A DNA stretch of 64,000 nt from Okamejei kenojei (lineage: Eukaryota). The stretch is taken from contig CM069135.1 in assembly GCA_035221665.1 (NCBI GenBank), positions 23,808,001-23,872,000 on the forward strand, read 5' to 3'. This document shows positions 47,710 through 61,860 of the stretch, piece after piece. The notes beneath the pieces were generated by a model. It was not told the origin of the DNA. It did no database searches and was given only the letters and a program-made list of their open reading frames with translations. Each line of letters opens with the position of its first letter. The first letter of the stretch is position 1. The position numbers were made by a program, and so were the translations under genes.

Positions 47710-50700
47710 GTAAGTGATATTTATTTACGTGTTTAGGAAATTCTGCTGCAATTAGGAAAAGATAATCACTGATCTATTCAATCTGATTATAACTTGAAAA
47801 AACATGACAGTTGGAAATTTGTTAATCTAGATGACAAGTTACAGAATCTCTACCTCTTCATCACCAACAGTAGGCATTATAATGGAATTTTGCATAGTAG
47901 TAGAAATAGGTCAAACCAAAGTCTTCAGGAGAGATTCTTAATCTTGCCAGATTGAGTCATCTTTACGTGGGCACGAAGAATAATAGTATTCAATCAATGA
48001 CTTTCCCTTACCCCATTGTAATTAACTGGCTGCATGCCCAGATACAGTGAGATTAATGAATCCAGCAGTAATGGCCCAGTATGTGATCATTATAGGTGAC
48101 ACCCAGGAATATTGAAATAATGTCCAATGCTTTGATGGTGACATTTATTCCAATACTAACACTGTAATGATTCCCAGCATTTTTAGAATATACATAGTAG
48201 AGTTTATAATTTCTTATTAATAACCCCATTTGGCTATGAAAAACCAACAAATGAGTACAGAAATTTTTCTTTGTAACTTGTGTACATCTCCCCTTTTTTG
48301 TCTTTATCATGTACCTCCACTTTCGAGCTAATCTCCAATCTTCCTCCCTGTCCATTACTCGGTCATTTATCATCCTCCACAGGTCACAGCTAGAATCTTG
48401 CATGTTGTTTTGGTTGCAGAGTGTAGAGCGGATTTACTAGAATAATGCCTGGGGTGGAATGTTTTAAGTTATGAAGAGGGACTGGATTGGCTAGGTTTGT
48501 TTTACTTGGAGTAGAGGAGGCTGAGGGGGACCTGATGGAGGTGTGAAAATTTATGTGAGGTACAGACAAAAGTTGTTAAGTCTAAGTAGCTCTTTTGTGA
48601 CCAGCAGGTCCAGGGGTAATTTCACAATTCTCTCTTCATTTCCTACTCCGCTGCTCATCTTTTCTCCTCTACTGCTGGGAGGTAGTGCAGAGATTGGGGA
48701 ATGAGACTGGTGAAGCGTATAACCTTTGGGTGCTAGGCAGAGTAGTTATGTTGTTAAATGCAATATTCTCAGTGTTTAGTACTCAAGTCTATATGATCCC
48801 AAAATGAGACGTTTACGAAAAAATGGAACTGTGCACAAACTGTTCTGTTTAACTACTTCATGCTGAATTTATGCAGAACATGAGGCTCCTCCCACCTGAT
48901 TCATTTTAATCAAGGTAACCTAATCCTTGCCTTTGTTTCTTTAGCTACCCTCTAAATATTTAATAAGTAAATGTCTCAACTGCTATCCTTCATCCCTCCT
49001 CAATCCAACTGTGACCTACTGGTCCCTGTCTCGCCCCTTTACCAACCATCTTCCCTCTCCACTTTCAGTCATGGTGCAGGGTCTCGACCTAAAACGCGGC
49101 TGGTTTCTTTTCCCCGAACTGTTCCTTTAGCAGTTTGTTTTTTGCTTTAGATTCCGGAATCTGCAGTCTTGTATGAAATTGTGTAACATACATTTTTAAT
49201 ATGGAAACCTTTGTAGAGTACTTTATCTTCTGACCCATCATCGAGCAGTGCTTCATAATGGTGATCAAATGTTCCACAATTATCCAAAAGATTGCATGTA
49301 TCATGGTGTTATTGTCTTGGTGTTTGAAGACCGGTGACGAGAGCATGCTTCATCTTGTTGTCAACTTTATCTTTTCAACAGTGTTAGCCTGTTGGGTTTC
49401 TTTTAAATAGTTCTCGCAGGGGAAACGTGGGATTTTATTATGATAGTCATATACCAGATAATCAACCTCATTTTTATTCATAAACATTTAAGAATTAGAC
49501 CAATAGGCTTCCAAAAGGGATTTTATAAGTTGGTCAGAACTGGGCAGCATCAAATCTATCAATGTGTTGAATATCAAGGTATGGTGATTGACTAATGTTA
49601 CAATGCAAATCGGTTACGACAAGTGGAATCTTTGGCGAACAATATATAGGTGTATCAGTTCTGGAGTTTATAGAAACTGGAGTTAAGCACACGGGTCTCT
49701 GCCAGTGGGGGGGGAGTTGTCCTGAATAAAGCACCATGTCTGCGCTTTGCATACCTGTTGGGACAGAATGGATCACTGAGTTTGGATTGAACTGGAAAAG
49801 AATGAGTGGAGAGAATATAGAATGAGTCATGTGACTTGACATTGATCACTTGTCATAAACTGTGGCTCCTCTGACTAAGATGTAAAAGGAGTCTGAAGTC
49901 CTGAAAGTTAGTTTCTTTTTACAAATTTGTCTCTATAGCTGCTATGAGTCACTTCATTCTGAAAGCAGTAAATCATGTTCTTGCTGTCAAAAGTTCGAAC
50001 AACCACTAGTATAATCCAGGTGCCCATCATAAAAATGAGTTTATATATGAATCAACTGTTCCAACTTTAATTAGCTATAGTAAAATGCGTTGTACTGCAG
50101 TGGGAGCATTCACAGAAAATGCAATATTTTCTAAAGCTTAGAATTGGCTATCAGGTATGGTGTAATAGTTGCATGGGCACAATAGCATTCATACTTGCCT
50201 GCCAACTGGTTATAGGAACATTCCTAAGCTGTAATTAGGGACCACTGACCTTTTTTCTCCATTTGATTCTTGTTCTTTGGACACAGATCAACATATTGCA
50301 CCATCTTATTTTTTGGTAAAATTAACAGACAAGACAAGCCTCTCTTTCTGCATCTCCAGACATCTGTAGATGTCCTCCAGCAAACTGTAGGTTTCTCTGG
50401 AAAAGCTTTGACTTGCAATTTCTTTAAAGAAAAGCAAGAAATTGCAGTAGCTCAACTTCTTCATCACTACCTTTGATGTACTTATCCCAGCACATTTTCT
50501 GTTTCAATCTAGGAATTATTGTTATGACCTGAAACGTCGTCTGACCATTTGCCTCCATCAATGTTACCTCTCGCTGAGTTCCTCCTAATTTGTTTTTTTT
50601 GCTTATAGATGATAGTGTGATCACTTTCGATTTGAAAGAAAAGCTCCGTTTCCAGATCAAGGATGAGTGCTTAGTAATCATGTTAGAGTCATGCAGCATG

Positions 50701-50902
50701 GAAACAGGCCCTTCGGCCCAACTCACCCAAGGATGGGTATTCCCACTAGCTGTATGACTGAATGTCATAGATCATTCAGTATCTCTGAAATGGTGGAGTC
50801 AAAAGGGGGGTAATTTAGTGCTAGAATGTATTAGATCTCTTGTTCATTGCTGTCCTTGCAGATCCTTGTCTGATTTTTAAAGGGTTTCCTTAATATATCC
50901 AG

Positions 50903-51085
50903 GTGACCATCCTCGGCAGGACAGTATGGATTTCAGTAATGAATGGGGTGATCCCAAGAGCTGTAAGTGTGCAGAGAGACTAAAACCCCTGGAGCGAAGA
51001 GCAGCTCGGCAACATCAGCGGTGCTTGGCACATTCCTTGGTGGGCACACCAAATTACATTGCACCAGAAGTATTGCTCCGTACAG
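50903..51085 (+). CDS. LATS1: LATS1 exon (activation segment)
   Basis: GDHPRQDSMDFSNEWGD...RCLAHSLVGTPNYIAPEVLLRT; 183 nt. Confidence 0.96.
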
Positions 51086-51170
51086 GTAAAGTTAATAAGT
51101 TCTCTAAGTAAGCTTTGATTGCATTCATAGAGTAAGAATTTTATTTTCCTCACTATAGTAACCCTTTTAC

Positions 51171-52180
51171 TAGGTATGTTACAAAATTTACCTTTAGTGG
51201 CGCTGCAGTTCTGCCACTGCCCGTGTGCGCAACTTTGGCGCCTTTGAGAGGGGGGCGAGTTTAAAATGCCGTTTACTCCAGACCATTCAAATCGATTAAT
51301 CTGAGGGGATTTAGTTGCTGAAGAGAAATCGCTCCGACATTTGTTTTATGGGGATATTTTTAAACTGCGCTGAATAATTTAATTGCTAGAGTGAATTAAA
51401 AATCATCTTCTAAAGCCGTGAACGCCGACAACGGGACGGATCTTACGTAGGGGACAAAAGAAGGTACTCAGTTTATTTTTTACGTAAAAATGTGCTTCTT
51501 AGGAAGCCTTTAGTCAAAATTTCATGTTGCGAAAAAGTGACTTAAAAAATATACGAACCGGCAGTATTTTCCTGTCGACTGGGGGTTAAATTCACCGCAA
51601 ACCGCAACGTTCCAAACCATCGCGTTCCACAAAAACCCACTCGCGTTGATTTAAATGGCCATCAATTTACGGGAATTACACACTAAATTTCTTCAATTTG
51701 GCCTATAAATTCATGACAATGAGATTTAAAAATCATGATATATTGTGAATTATTGTGTGAATGTTATTTGGACACTTAGGCTTTTTAAAAATGTTAACCT
51801 TTTCTTAAGAAATGGATAGATGTTTAGATCTAGTAATTGAATTTTGTAATTAGCTACAATTAGGTAACTAACTAATTATATGCTTTAATTTCATGTCATC
51901 CAAGTAAGATTGTTTCATATTTGTTTCAGAATGCTTCAATCTATAATAACTGAAAATGTCATTCAGTTCTCTTAATTTTTAAGAAGGTTATGGGCTTTTG
52001 ACTGTCCTTGATCACAGCTTTTGTGTTACGTCAATGGAAAAGCAAGGGAACAAGATGCTAATTTCTGAGTATGAAAATGGCCATAGCTTTTTAATACTGA
52101 AGATATGAAAGTGAATTAGGTGTCAAATTGAACTTTTTATGCTTTATCTGATGGGATAAATTAGAAGGCTTGATTTTTTA
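51171..52180 (-). mobile_element. Second copy of the TIR element, inverted, one end truncated
   Basis: Starts TAGGTATGTTACAAAA. The body is the reverse complement of 20900-21935 (e.g. tagatctagtaattgaattttgtaattagctacaatt). Confidence 0.8.
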
Positions 52181-52396
52181 TGTTCAAATGCATGTTGTGA
52201 TATTTATAACTGAATAAAAATAAGATGTTATCAGTCTCTTAGCTTCCCAAGGTATCTCCATTATCCCTGCCAGTTTTGGTGTTTTGTTTGCAGCAATATT
52301 GCAGGTGAAGCTTGTACTGTTTTTCCAAGACTATGATTTGTGGCAAGGCTCATATTACTTTGAATTGGTTCCTTTCAGTTTTAGTTTGTTTCATTA

Positions 52397-53365
52397 GACA
52401 ATAGGTGCAGGAGTAGGCCATTCGAGCCAGCACTGACATTCAATGTGATCATGGCCGATCATCCCCATTCATGCCTTCTCCCCATATCCCCTGACTCCGC
52501 TATCTTTAAGAGCCCTATCTAGCTTGCTCTTGAATACAAGGGCTTTCATACAAAATCCCTTGTATTCCCTTAAGTAGCATTAGGTTTCATGTATATCAAA
52601 TGTTTCTGTTTTCTTCATGTCTCACATCCCTCCGTTGCATTTCCTTAACTGGCAAAACCTATAGAAGTAAATTAGATCTGCATCATGTGCAACTGAAATA
52701 ACAGGCTGAATATTTTAAATCCAAAAACTGAAAGATTGTTCATGTTTTCAATCATAGTTTATTTAGAATGGCCAACAAAATCTCTAAACAGTATAAACTA
52801 GGAATTAAGCCAAAGGAGTTCAGAATCAAGTGTTATAACTTAAAATTGTAACTAGTCTTTTAAGATGTGATTGTCAAAGATATTCTTAACCTCAAAAACA
52901 AAACCAGATTTTATGGGTCGGTAATGGAACTCTCATAAGGATAGGAGCAGAATTAGGCCATTTGGCCATTCAGGTCTACTCCGCCATTCAATCATGTCTG
53001 AACTATCTCTCCCTCTTAAGACCATTCTCCTGTTTTCTCCCCTTGACCCCTGACACCTATACTAATCAAGAATCCACCTATATCTGCCTTGAAAATATTA
53101 ATTGACGGCTTCCACAACTTTCTGTGGCAAAGAATTCCACAGATTCACCACCCTCTGACGAAACAAATTCCTCATCTCCTTCCTAACGAAAGGTCCTTTA
53201 ATTCTGAGGCGATGCCCTAGACTCTCCCACTGGTAGAAATATTCTCTCCACATCCACTCTATGCAAGCTTTTCACTATTCGGTATGTTTCAAAGTGGTTC
53301 CCCCTCATCCTTCTAAACTCCAGTGAGTCCAGGCCCAGTGCCTCCAAACGCTTAGCATATGTTAT
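52397..53365 (-). mobile_element. Two CR1 3' fragments (about 52397-52515 and 52935-53365) in a LATS1 intron
   Basis: ggccatt...cattcaat..catg and gaattccacagattcaccacc motifs shared with the other CR1 tails. Confidence 0.7.
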
Positions 53366-53391
53366 GAATAATAAATCTTGGTAACTGTTAA

Positions 53392-53613
<222 letters not shown>

Positions 53614-53826
53614 TAGAATAAATGTCAAAAATAATTGCAGGTGCTGGAATGGGAGGGCATTCAATGGATTTCTGAGCCATTTTAAAATTGCCATGATCTA
53701 AGTGAATGGTTGCATAGGCTGAACAGTGTTGAATATCTTTGTCCATTAGTAAAATGTATTTAAATGCAGGTTAATTTTTTTGGAATGTTAGTCTTATGGT
53801 TTTTATTATTGTCTATTGTCACAAAG

Positions 53827-54342
53827 GTCATAAATTGGCAGACAACACTTCACATCCCACAGCAGGCTAAACTTAGCCCAGAGGCATCTGATCTCATTAT
53901 TAAGCTCTGTCGAGGCCCTGAAGACAGGCTTGGAATGAACGGCACAGATGAAATAAAAGCCCATCCGTTTTTCAGGCAAATCAATTTCTCCAATGACATC
54001 CGGCATCAGTTAGCTCCGTACATTCCAAAGATAACTCACCCAACAGATACGTCCAATTTTGATCCTGTGGATCCTGACAAATTGTGGAGTGAAGATAATG
54101 ATGGAGAAAATGTTAATGACACGCTCAATGGCTGGTATCAGAATGGAAAGCATCCAGAACATGCCTTCTACGAATTTACATTCCGGAGATTTTTTGATGA
54201 TAATGGCTACCCTTACAGCTACCCTAAACCATTGCAGTGTGATTATCATAGTCTGGAAACGCATGAGCATCAGACAGAAAGTAACAACGAAAATGCTGCA
54301 TCAGCGAAGCGGAGCCAGAATCGAGAACTGGTCTATGTATGA
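53827..54342 (+). CDS. LATS1: LATS1 terminal exon (AGC C-tail, hydrophobic motif)
   Basis: VINWQTTLHIP...HAFYEFTFRRFFDDNG...RELVYV*. Exons sum to 3480 nt, giving 1159 aa. Confidence 0.96.
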   Translation, partial: VINWQTTLHIPQQAKLSPEASDLIIKLCRGPEDRLGMNGTDEIKAHPFFRQINFSNDIRHQLAPYIPKITHPTDTSNFDPVDPDKLWSEDNDGENVNDTLNGWYQNGKHPEHAFYEFTFRRFFDDNGYPYSYPKPLQCDYHSLETHEHQTESNNENAASAKRSQNRELVYV

Positions 54343-55604
54343 ATGAAAATCTATTTTTTGTAAGGGAAAACCCCTTTATTGTTTAATTCCCAGGGATGGA
54401 TTTTAGCTTTTACTTAATGCTTACATGTTTTGGTTCTCAAGAACTTACAGATAAATATATTTTGTAAGTATTAATTTATTTTAAATGTTGTCATTTGAAT
54501 CCTTCATGTGAATAAATAGAACATTGACTTTAGTACCTAACGCTAGAGTTAAAAATCAATTGGATCAGGTGATCAATATCCTATCAGTAATATGGGTCTT
54601 GTGCGTGACATCATTCTTCAGTGCACTGTCTTTATCATTATCATAAGTGCTCCTTTTTAGGAAAGGTGCCTTATGTTCTTTATTAAAAGATTTTAGGATC
54701 CACTATTTTCCCATGGCTCTATTCTCACTACAAAGTTTTGCTTGAAAAGAGTGTAGTTAAAGACTAATAGCATGGAAATTGCTATATGTTATGTTTCCAG
54801 CAGTGAGGCTGTTTACTGAGAATGGGAAAAGATGCACCAAGGTCCACGACTAAATCTGTGACCCATGTTTCTCTCCAGTCTAGACATCTGACACATTGGT
54901 ACTAGATTTAGGACTTTTAACACTATAAAGTACAATCCATGCTCACACTGTGGCTGCAGAGGGCTGTAATATTATACAATCTATTTTGTTCTCACAGGGG
55001 GTGTCGGGTAGACCTTTTATACATAGTGCCCTATCCTGTACCACACTGAGAAAGGGGAGATAACTGTACCATTGTGGGTCCCATATTTCTATCTAGTGAA
55101 GTGGCCCTATCAGTGATGGATGCTTGCTAAACGACCATGTCTGAAGCCTAGGAAATGGTCTTTAACAGTGTGACTTAAAACCTCCTGCTTAGCTTTGACC
55201 AAATATGAAGAAATCATTTTGGTGTAATTTACATGAAAATCTTTTAGAAGCATATAGTCTGCAGGTTATTAGCTTTCTATTTTTTTTCTAATTTATGCAT
55301 TGAATTATTTATAAATTATACATGTTGTATAAACATTTAATTTGTCAGTACTTTCATTGTCTCGTTTTATTTCCAATGACATTAAATCTAAGTTCGTTTT
55401 CAAACTTGATTATTGGCTGTTTTGTCTTAATACTTTATAGCAAATACCATTCAGTTTGACATTGTCACTGAATCAAAATCTTGGAATTTAATACTGCGAT
55501 TTGTTTACTTCAAAACACAGCATTTCCCGTCCTTGGCTTTCCTGAACACATTGTTATGGTAAATTAAGGCTCATGGTGTAGGTGGTGACATTGATGGAGG
55601 TTGA

Positions 55605-56585
55605 TAGACAATAGATGCAGGGGTAGGTCATTCTGCCCTTCGAACTAGCTCCGCCATTCAATGTGATCGTGACTGATCATCCCCAATCAGTACCCCATTC
55701 CTGCCTTCTCCCCATATCCCCTGACTCCGCTATCTTTAAGAGCCCTATCTAGCTCTCCTTCGAAAGTATCCCAAGAACCGGCCTCCACCACCTCTGAGAC
55801 AGAGAATTCCACAGACTCAACTCTGTGTGAAAAAGTGTTTCCTCATCGCCATTCCAAATGGCTTACCCCTTATTCTTAAAGTGACCCCTGGTTCTGGACT
55901 CCCCCAACATCGCGAACATGTTTCCTAGCTCTAACGTGTCCAAACCCTTAATAATCTTACGTTTCAATAATTTGGGAGGGGGGGGGGGGGGGCGCAAACT
56001 GGAAACAATTGACAAATTAGTTGTTTTCTGGTTGACATGAAGTAACACATGGTGCACCACAAGAATCCTTACAATTAATATAAATGACTTGGATGAAGGT
56101 ACTGATTGCTGTCTATTAGACAATAAATAGGCGCGGGAGTAGGCCATTTGAGCGAGCACCGCCATTCACTGTGATCATGGCTGATCATCCACAATCAGTA
56201 CCCCGTTCCTGCCTTCTCCCCGTATCCCCCGACTCCGCTATCATTAAGAGCTCTAACTCTCTTGCAAGCATCCAGAGAATTGGCCGCCACTGAGGCAGAG
56301 AATTCCACAGATTCACTGCCCTCTGTGAGAAAAAGGTTTTTCCTCATCTCTGTTCAAAATGGCTTGCCCCTTATTCTTAAACTGTGGCCTCTGATTCTGG
56401 ACTCCCCAAACATTGGGAACATGTTTCCTGCCTCTAGCATGTCCAAACCCTTAATAATCTTATGTTTCAATAATATCCCCTCTCATCCTTTTAAATTCCA
56501 GAGTATACAAGCCCAGCCGCTCCATTCTATCAACATATGATAGTCCCGCCATCCCAGGAATTAACCTCGTGAACCTACGCTGCAC
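55605..56585 (-). mobile_element. Two CR1 3' fragments (about 55605-55968 and 56117-56585) inserted into an older plus-strand CR1
   Basis: Each starts tagacaata...ggccatt.. and they share a near-identical body. The flanks (55530-55600, 56000-56115, 56590-57320) read as a degraded plus-strand CR1 RT region. Confidence 0.75.
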
Positions 56586-59292
56586 CATTGCCAAAGAAAG
56601 TTGTGATGCAAGTTACAATGGAATACAAATAGATTAAGTGCATGGACAAAGAATATAATATGGAAAAATATTTTGGCAAGAAAAATTAGAAAGCATATTA
56701 TTCAAATGGTGAAAGATTGCAGAGGGTTCAAGTAACCTAGTGCACAATTTGCAAAACACTTATACAAGTACAATGAATAATTATGAAAACTAATAAAATT
56801 CATTAATTACAGAAGTAGGAAGATTATGCTCAGACATTGACCACACATCTGGAGTATTGGACTCCTTAAGGAAGGATGTTAATGCATTGGAAGCATTTTA
56901 GTAAAGCTTTCCTTGACTAATACTCAATGCCTGTCTTATGAGAATTAATTGAACAAGCTAGATGTGTATTCCCTGCATTTAAGGGCAAGAATGATTTGAT
57001 TTAAACAAACATTCAGGGTCGTCAAAGGATAGATTAGATGTGAATGATATTTTTTGATGTGAAAAATCTCAAACTAGTGGTCACTTTAAAAAATGGTTTC
57101 CCATTTAAGACAAATGAGGCAAGTTTTGCATAGGAAAAGCCTTTGAAATTCTCAAAAGAAGAAGTGTCTTTTAATATATTTTTATGGCAGAAGTACAATA
57201 GTTCTTGATTAGGGGGCAAAGGTTGCCATAGGTGGACAGGAATGCATCAAAGCAGCCGTTATCTTATTAAATAGTGGTTCCAGTTTAAAGATGCAGCCTT
57301 CTGCTCCTAATCCCAGTGCTTGAATGGATTCTGAAGTTCTCATATTAAGGTTGGAGTGATTTTACACTTGTCAAAGTTTACAAATCTTGTCCTCTATGAA
57401 GAACTCAATTCTTGTTATTTATTAAACAGTGGTGAAGCGGTAGAATTTCTGCCTCAGTGTGCCAGCGACCCAGATTCAATCCTGACTACGGGTGTTGTTT
57501 GTACAGTTATTACGTTCAAAAGTCTTAAAACGTGTACTAGCTCCATGTGGAAATGATACATTGCAACGGGAAAAAAACTCAAGAATCCAAGGATTGCAAA
57601 TATCCCTGTTATTCAAAACCAAAGCATTACAATGCAAATAACATAGCACATTTAAATTAAAATGATTTATGGTGCTTAGAATAAGTTTTATCAAGTAGAA
57701 TTTAACAGGCAGCAGTCACTCACAAAACCAGGTTACATTTAAAATAAGTGTTTTGGATGCGAATTGGGCTCACAAACAACTATCCATAACAAAAATAGGA
57801 TGCAAGAGGCAAATTTGAAAATACAGAGGTTAAGATTTGAAATGGTTGCAAATGTAATTTGCGGATGACTTGGTATAAAGCTAGAAAAAAATTAAATGTT
57901 TCTGTGCAAAATGATTTTTATAAAATTAGTTTGATCAACGTCTATCAGACAAAACAGATGATGCAAGTAGATTGCTGATTTCGTTTATCCATGCAAACAT
58001 CTTCATTGACTTGTGCCAAGATCCAAATTATAATGCAAAACAGTCTGATATGGGGAAAGTATGAAGTGGATACCTTTTTGCTCTCAAGGGAAACTTGCTA
58101 CAACGAGTTGGACATGTCTATGTATTTTAGTTGTATTTACAGATGATAGACTGGAAATGGCAGTGAGTTTGGAGAAGACATTTGAAATTGTAACTGAAGT
58201 ACAAACAATAACTTTTTCATCCGAACTGACAAGTGCATTGAATTATGGGGGTAGGTTAGTGTGATGTAATTGAGGGGATTCAAATAATTGAGAAAATGAT
58301 AGTGAGAAACCATTTTCTCTTTTGCCTTTAAACACAAATGCATCTTTGAATAAGAATAAACTCCACTGGTCCATAAACCACAGATTTATTGCCAAGTAGC
58401 CTATTGTATTTGTGTCACTTTGCAAATGAATGCTTGGCCCTCCTTCTATGGTCCCAAGCATACTGATCCTATTTTAAAGGTTAAATGGCCTTGAGGACTT
58501 ATTATGGTAAAAGATTTACTGCAGTAAAACTATTACCTTGTTGTTTCCACAATTGAGGAAGAGGGGAACAAAGTACTTTTTTGTTTGTTTGGAATGGCCA
58601 TTCAGCCCTTCAAATCGGTTTCTGATTTTTCACCCTTAATCTAATACTCTTGTTAAATCCCGGAGAGATTACTAAGGTTGCATAAGTACTTGTATGTTGA
58701 GGAAAGGGATGCTGCTATGGCGACAGTAGTTTTCAAGTGCTCAAGTGTTCTCGCATTGAAAGACTTCTGTACTGTTGTACAGAGCAGCAATTACAAAAAC
58801 ATCGCAAAGTATACCAAATATATCCACTGAATATTTTGGAAATACAGTACCCAGTAAATACTTAACTCTGCATATACTGCACAATTTGAAATTGATAATT
58901 TTGCATAATGGCATAAAATCACCTTACACTGAGTTTTCTTTATTTTGGTTGTGCCTTTTGGAAACACACTTTTTCCATTTTTGCTTTCCAGGAAATGAGA
59001 TTGAAATTATTTCAAGAGTGTTTTTGCCATATCAATTGTGATCCATTTAATCTACTCCAGAATGCTGTACATCTGCTTTACATTTAAAATAATTTGATGT
59101 TAAATATATTGTTAAGGATTGATCCATTTGGCCAATGGAGTAACTGATGTGTTCTAAACACCAAGTACAAAATTATTAAAAATGTGAACGCCATTCCTGC
59201 ATGTTTTATTAACATTTTAAGAATTAAATTTAATTTGACCACAATGCACCAGAAACAGCTACCCATTTGCATTCCCCTCTGTTCAGCCATAC

Positions 59293-59526
59293 TCATTCCA
59301 TATTCTTAGGTCTTTTTGGACTTCTGCTCCTCCTCTCTTCTGTTTCTTCACGATATTTGGACTTCTTCTTACTCTTGCTGTGTTTGTGGTAGTCTCTCTC
59401 TTGGGACCCACTTCTGCTTCGACTCCTATAATGATCACGCTTCTTTTGATCCCTCTTTTTGTCCCTGCTGTATTCATCAATGACGTCGGTGCTTTTGTGT
59501 TGTTGGAGCTCGCTCTCAGCAGCCTC
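59293..59526 (-). CDS. PPIL4: PPIL4 terminal coding exon (RS/K-rich tail)
   Basis: EAAESELQQHKS...KKRDHYRSRSRSGSQERDYHKHSKSKKKSKYREETEERRSRSPKRPKNME*, resembling the PPIL4 C-terminus (RSRSRSRERD...KSKY...RSRSPKK). cag acceptor at 59528-59527. Confidence 0.75.
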   Translation of the reverse strand, partial: EAAESELQQHKSTDVIDEYSRDKKRDQKKRDHYRSRSRSGSQERDYHKHSKSKKKSKYREETEERRSRSPKRPKNME

Positions 59527-60814
59527 CTGTCAAGATAGATAAAAGCATTTTTCTGAAGATCCTATGGAGGTCTGTCCAGTCACTTCTATAAGGAAATATC
59601 AATCAAAATAAACTCACTGAACAAAGAACAAACCTTTATAAAAATACTATTTAAAGTAATGCAATCCTCTTCTAATTTCCAATAAATCTCATCCCAAAAT
59701 AACTACTGCTGTACAGTTAATTTTATTTCTTCATCAAATCCATACAAGCTACTGTGACCACAGATTTAAAAACTTCCTAAAGCTGTAGCACACTTTACCT
59801 AATTAGCACATCCTATCCACATTTCCATTTTCTGTGCAAATTTTATACCCTGAAAAATGCCTTTAGTATTTGCAATCCTTTGTTTTAGCTGTCACCATTA
59901 ACGATCAGTATTGTGTTCAAAAATTCTTATTCTGCTTGTTTCTAACATTTCTCTGCTCTGAATAGTAGCGTTCACACACAATTTTCACACTGGTTTAAAA
60001 AAAACTTCATTTTAATATTCATTTCCTTCACTTTTCTTATATGTGACCTAATGTTTGTTGCAACTGTGCTTTTAGATTGTTTTACAGTTATACCATACAG
60101 AAACAGTCCCTTTGACCCATCATATCCATGCTATTCATCGACGATACGATACTATAAAACTTTATACATCCCTGGAGGGAAATTGGTCTGCCGACAGTCA
60201 CAACACACAAGGTACACAAAAACTTGAAATTAAAAGAGAAAACAAAAAGAAAAAGACAAGCGATTGTTGGCTGCCGTGTGCACAGCGCCCTAACTGGAAC
60301 AAATGAACACAGACTTATCTCCTGGGCAGAGGATTCTAAACTAAAGTGCCCCCACACCGGGTCACCCTTTGTTCTCCCACTGACCCTAGCAGTGGTCCCC
60401 ACTTCCTTTCATTTCCCCCCCCCTCCACATCACGCTCATCGACTCAGAGGCCCCACCGAGGCTCCCATTGCCGCTGAGGCTCTTTTTTTTACCGCCATCA
60501 AAATCTTATACCATTCTCACCAGCACTTGTGGTTTGTAGGCTTTACATGTTGGCGATTCAAATACATGTCTACATACTGAACAGTTGTGAGCATATCTGC
60601 TTCCACAACCTACTCGGGCAGTTGTGTTCCAAATTATCCTCCGAGTCACAAAGTTCTTCCTCGAATCCTCTTACCAGTTATCCTACACTTCAGCTCTGAA
60701 AGGTTACCTACCAACTAGCCTATATATGCCCTTCATAAATTTGTGTACCGCCATTAGTCTCCCTCCCAAAGCCCACTCTGGCTCTTCCACTCCAATAAAA
60801 AAAATCCACTCTTC

Positions 60815-61119
60815 ATAGAAACAAAGGATTGCAGATATGCGTTGAATTTGGAGCAAATCAGTGGGTCAGGCAGCATCTGTGGAGGGAAATAAAAAACAAC
60901 ACATGGAAAGCATGGGGATTTTGGCAGGAAATGGCACCTGGTAGGTGGATCCAGGTTTAGAGAGGTGGATTAGTGGATGTGGTCAATCAGGAAGAGATTG
61001 AAGATAACAGAGACTGGGATGTGATAACAGAGACTGGGAGGTAATCAGGCTCTGCAGATGATGGAAAAGAAAGGTGGAGTAAGGAAAGAAAGGGAGGTAC
61101 AATGGGCAGATGAGAGCAT

Positions 61120-61153
<34 letters not shown>

Positions 61154-61860
61154 GAGGGGACCCAATTGGAGGGGTCTGTTGGTGATGGGCAGATGGAGTG
61201 GATAGGGAAAGATGTTTGTTGAGAGGGGTCAGGGTGTTGTGGGAAAGGAGGATATGAGTGGGAGGATTTTGGTGGCTTGAGGGACAGGGGAAAGAGTATG
61301 TTACCTGATGTTAGAGAAATGTATATTTATGCAGTTGGGTTGTGGACGACCAAGGCGAAATATGATGAGTTGTTGTTCGTACAGTCGTGTTCACACAGAC
61401 TGATGGGATGTTGTCTTATGAAGAAAGACTCTCGGTTTATACTCTCTGGAATTTAGGAGATTGATATTGGACAGGCTAGATGCAGGAAGATTGTTCCCGA
61501 TGCTGGGGAAGGCCAAGACAAGGGTCACAGCTTAAGGATAAGGGGGAAATCAAGGAGATGTGAGAGTGGTGAGTCTCTGGAAACTCTCTGCCACAGAGGC
61601 CAGTTCATTGGCTATATTTAAGAGTGAGTTGGATGTGGCCCTTGTGGCTAAGGGGATCAGAGGGTATGGAGAGAAGGCAGGTACGGGATACTGAGTTGGA
61701 TGATCAGCCATGATCATATTGAATGGCACTCGAAGGGCTGAATGGCCTACTCCTGCACCTTGTTTCCTGTTCCTCGTGCCTCACTGTGGAAATATGGAAG
61801 GCAGAGGACAGGGCAGTGTGTGAATGAGCCAGGATATCCAGTTTGCCGGTTCTTGCCAAC
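60815..61860 (-). mobile_element. Penelope-like element 3' remnant (GIY-YIG C-terminus plus terminal repeat), split by a CR1
   Basis: Minus strand 61378-61301 translates EQQLIIFRLGRPQPNCINIHFSNIR*, and 61772-61826 gives HSHT../VLCLPYFHSEAR. Both match the Penelope/Neptune endonuclease end (HSHxDLSVLGLLHC.SEA.RKLEEQHLIFRLG.LQP.GxN). It continues into the gatgctgcctgaccc repeat. Confidence 0.72.
61395..61770 (+). mobile_element. CR1 LINE 3' fragment inserted into a Penelope-like remnant
   Basis: Matches 29830-30295 with deletions. Confidence 0.85.

Noticed and set aside
54666-54673. GTGCCTTA (miR-124 8-mer match) downstream of LATS1
   Set aside because: It is a single short match lying past the first AATAAA (54511), and the UTR extent and conservation are unknown.
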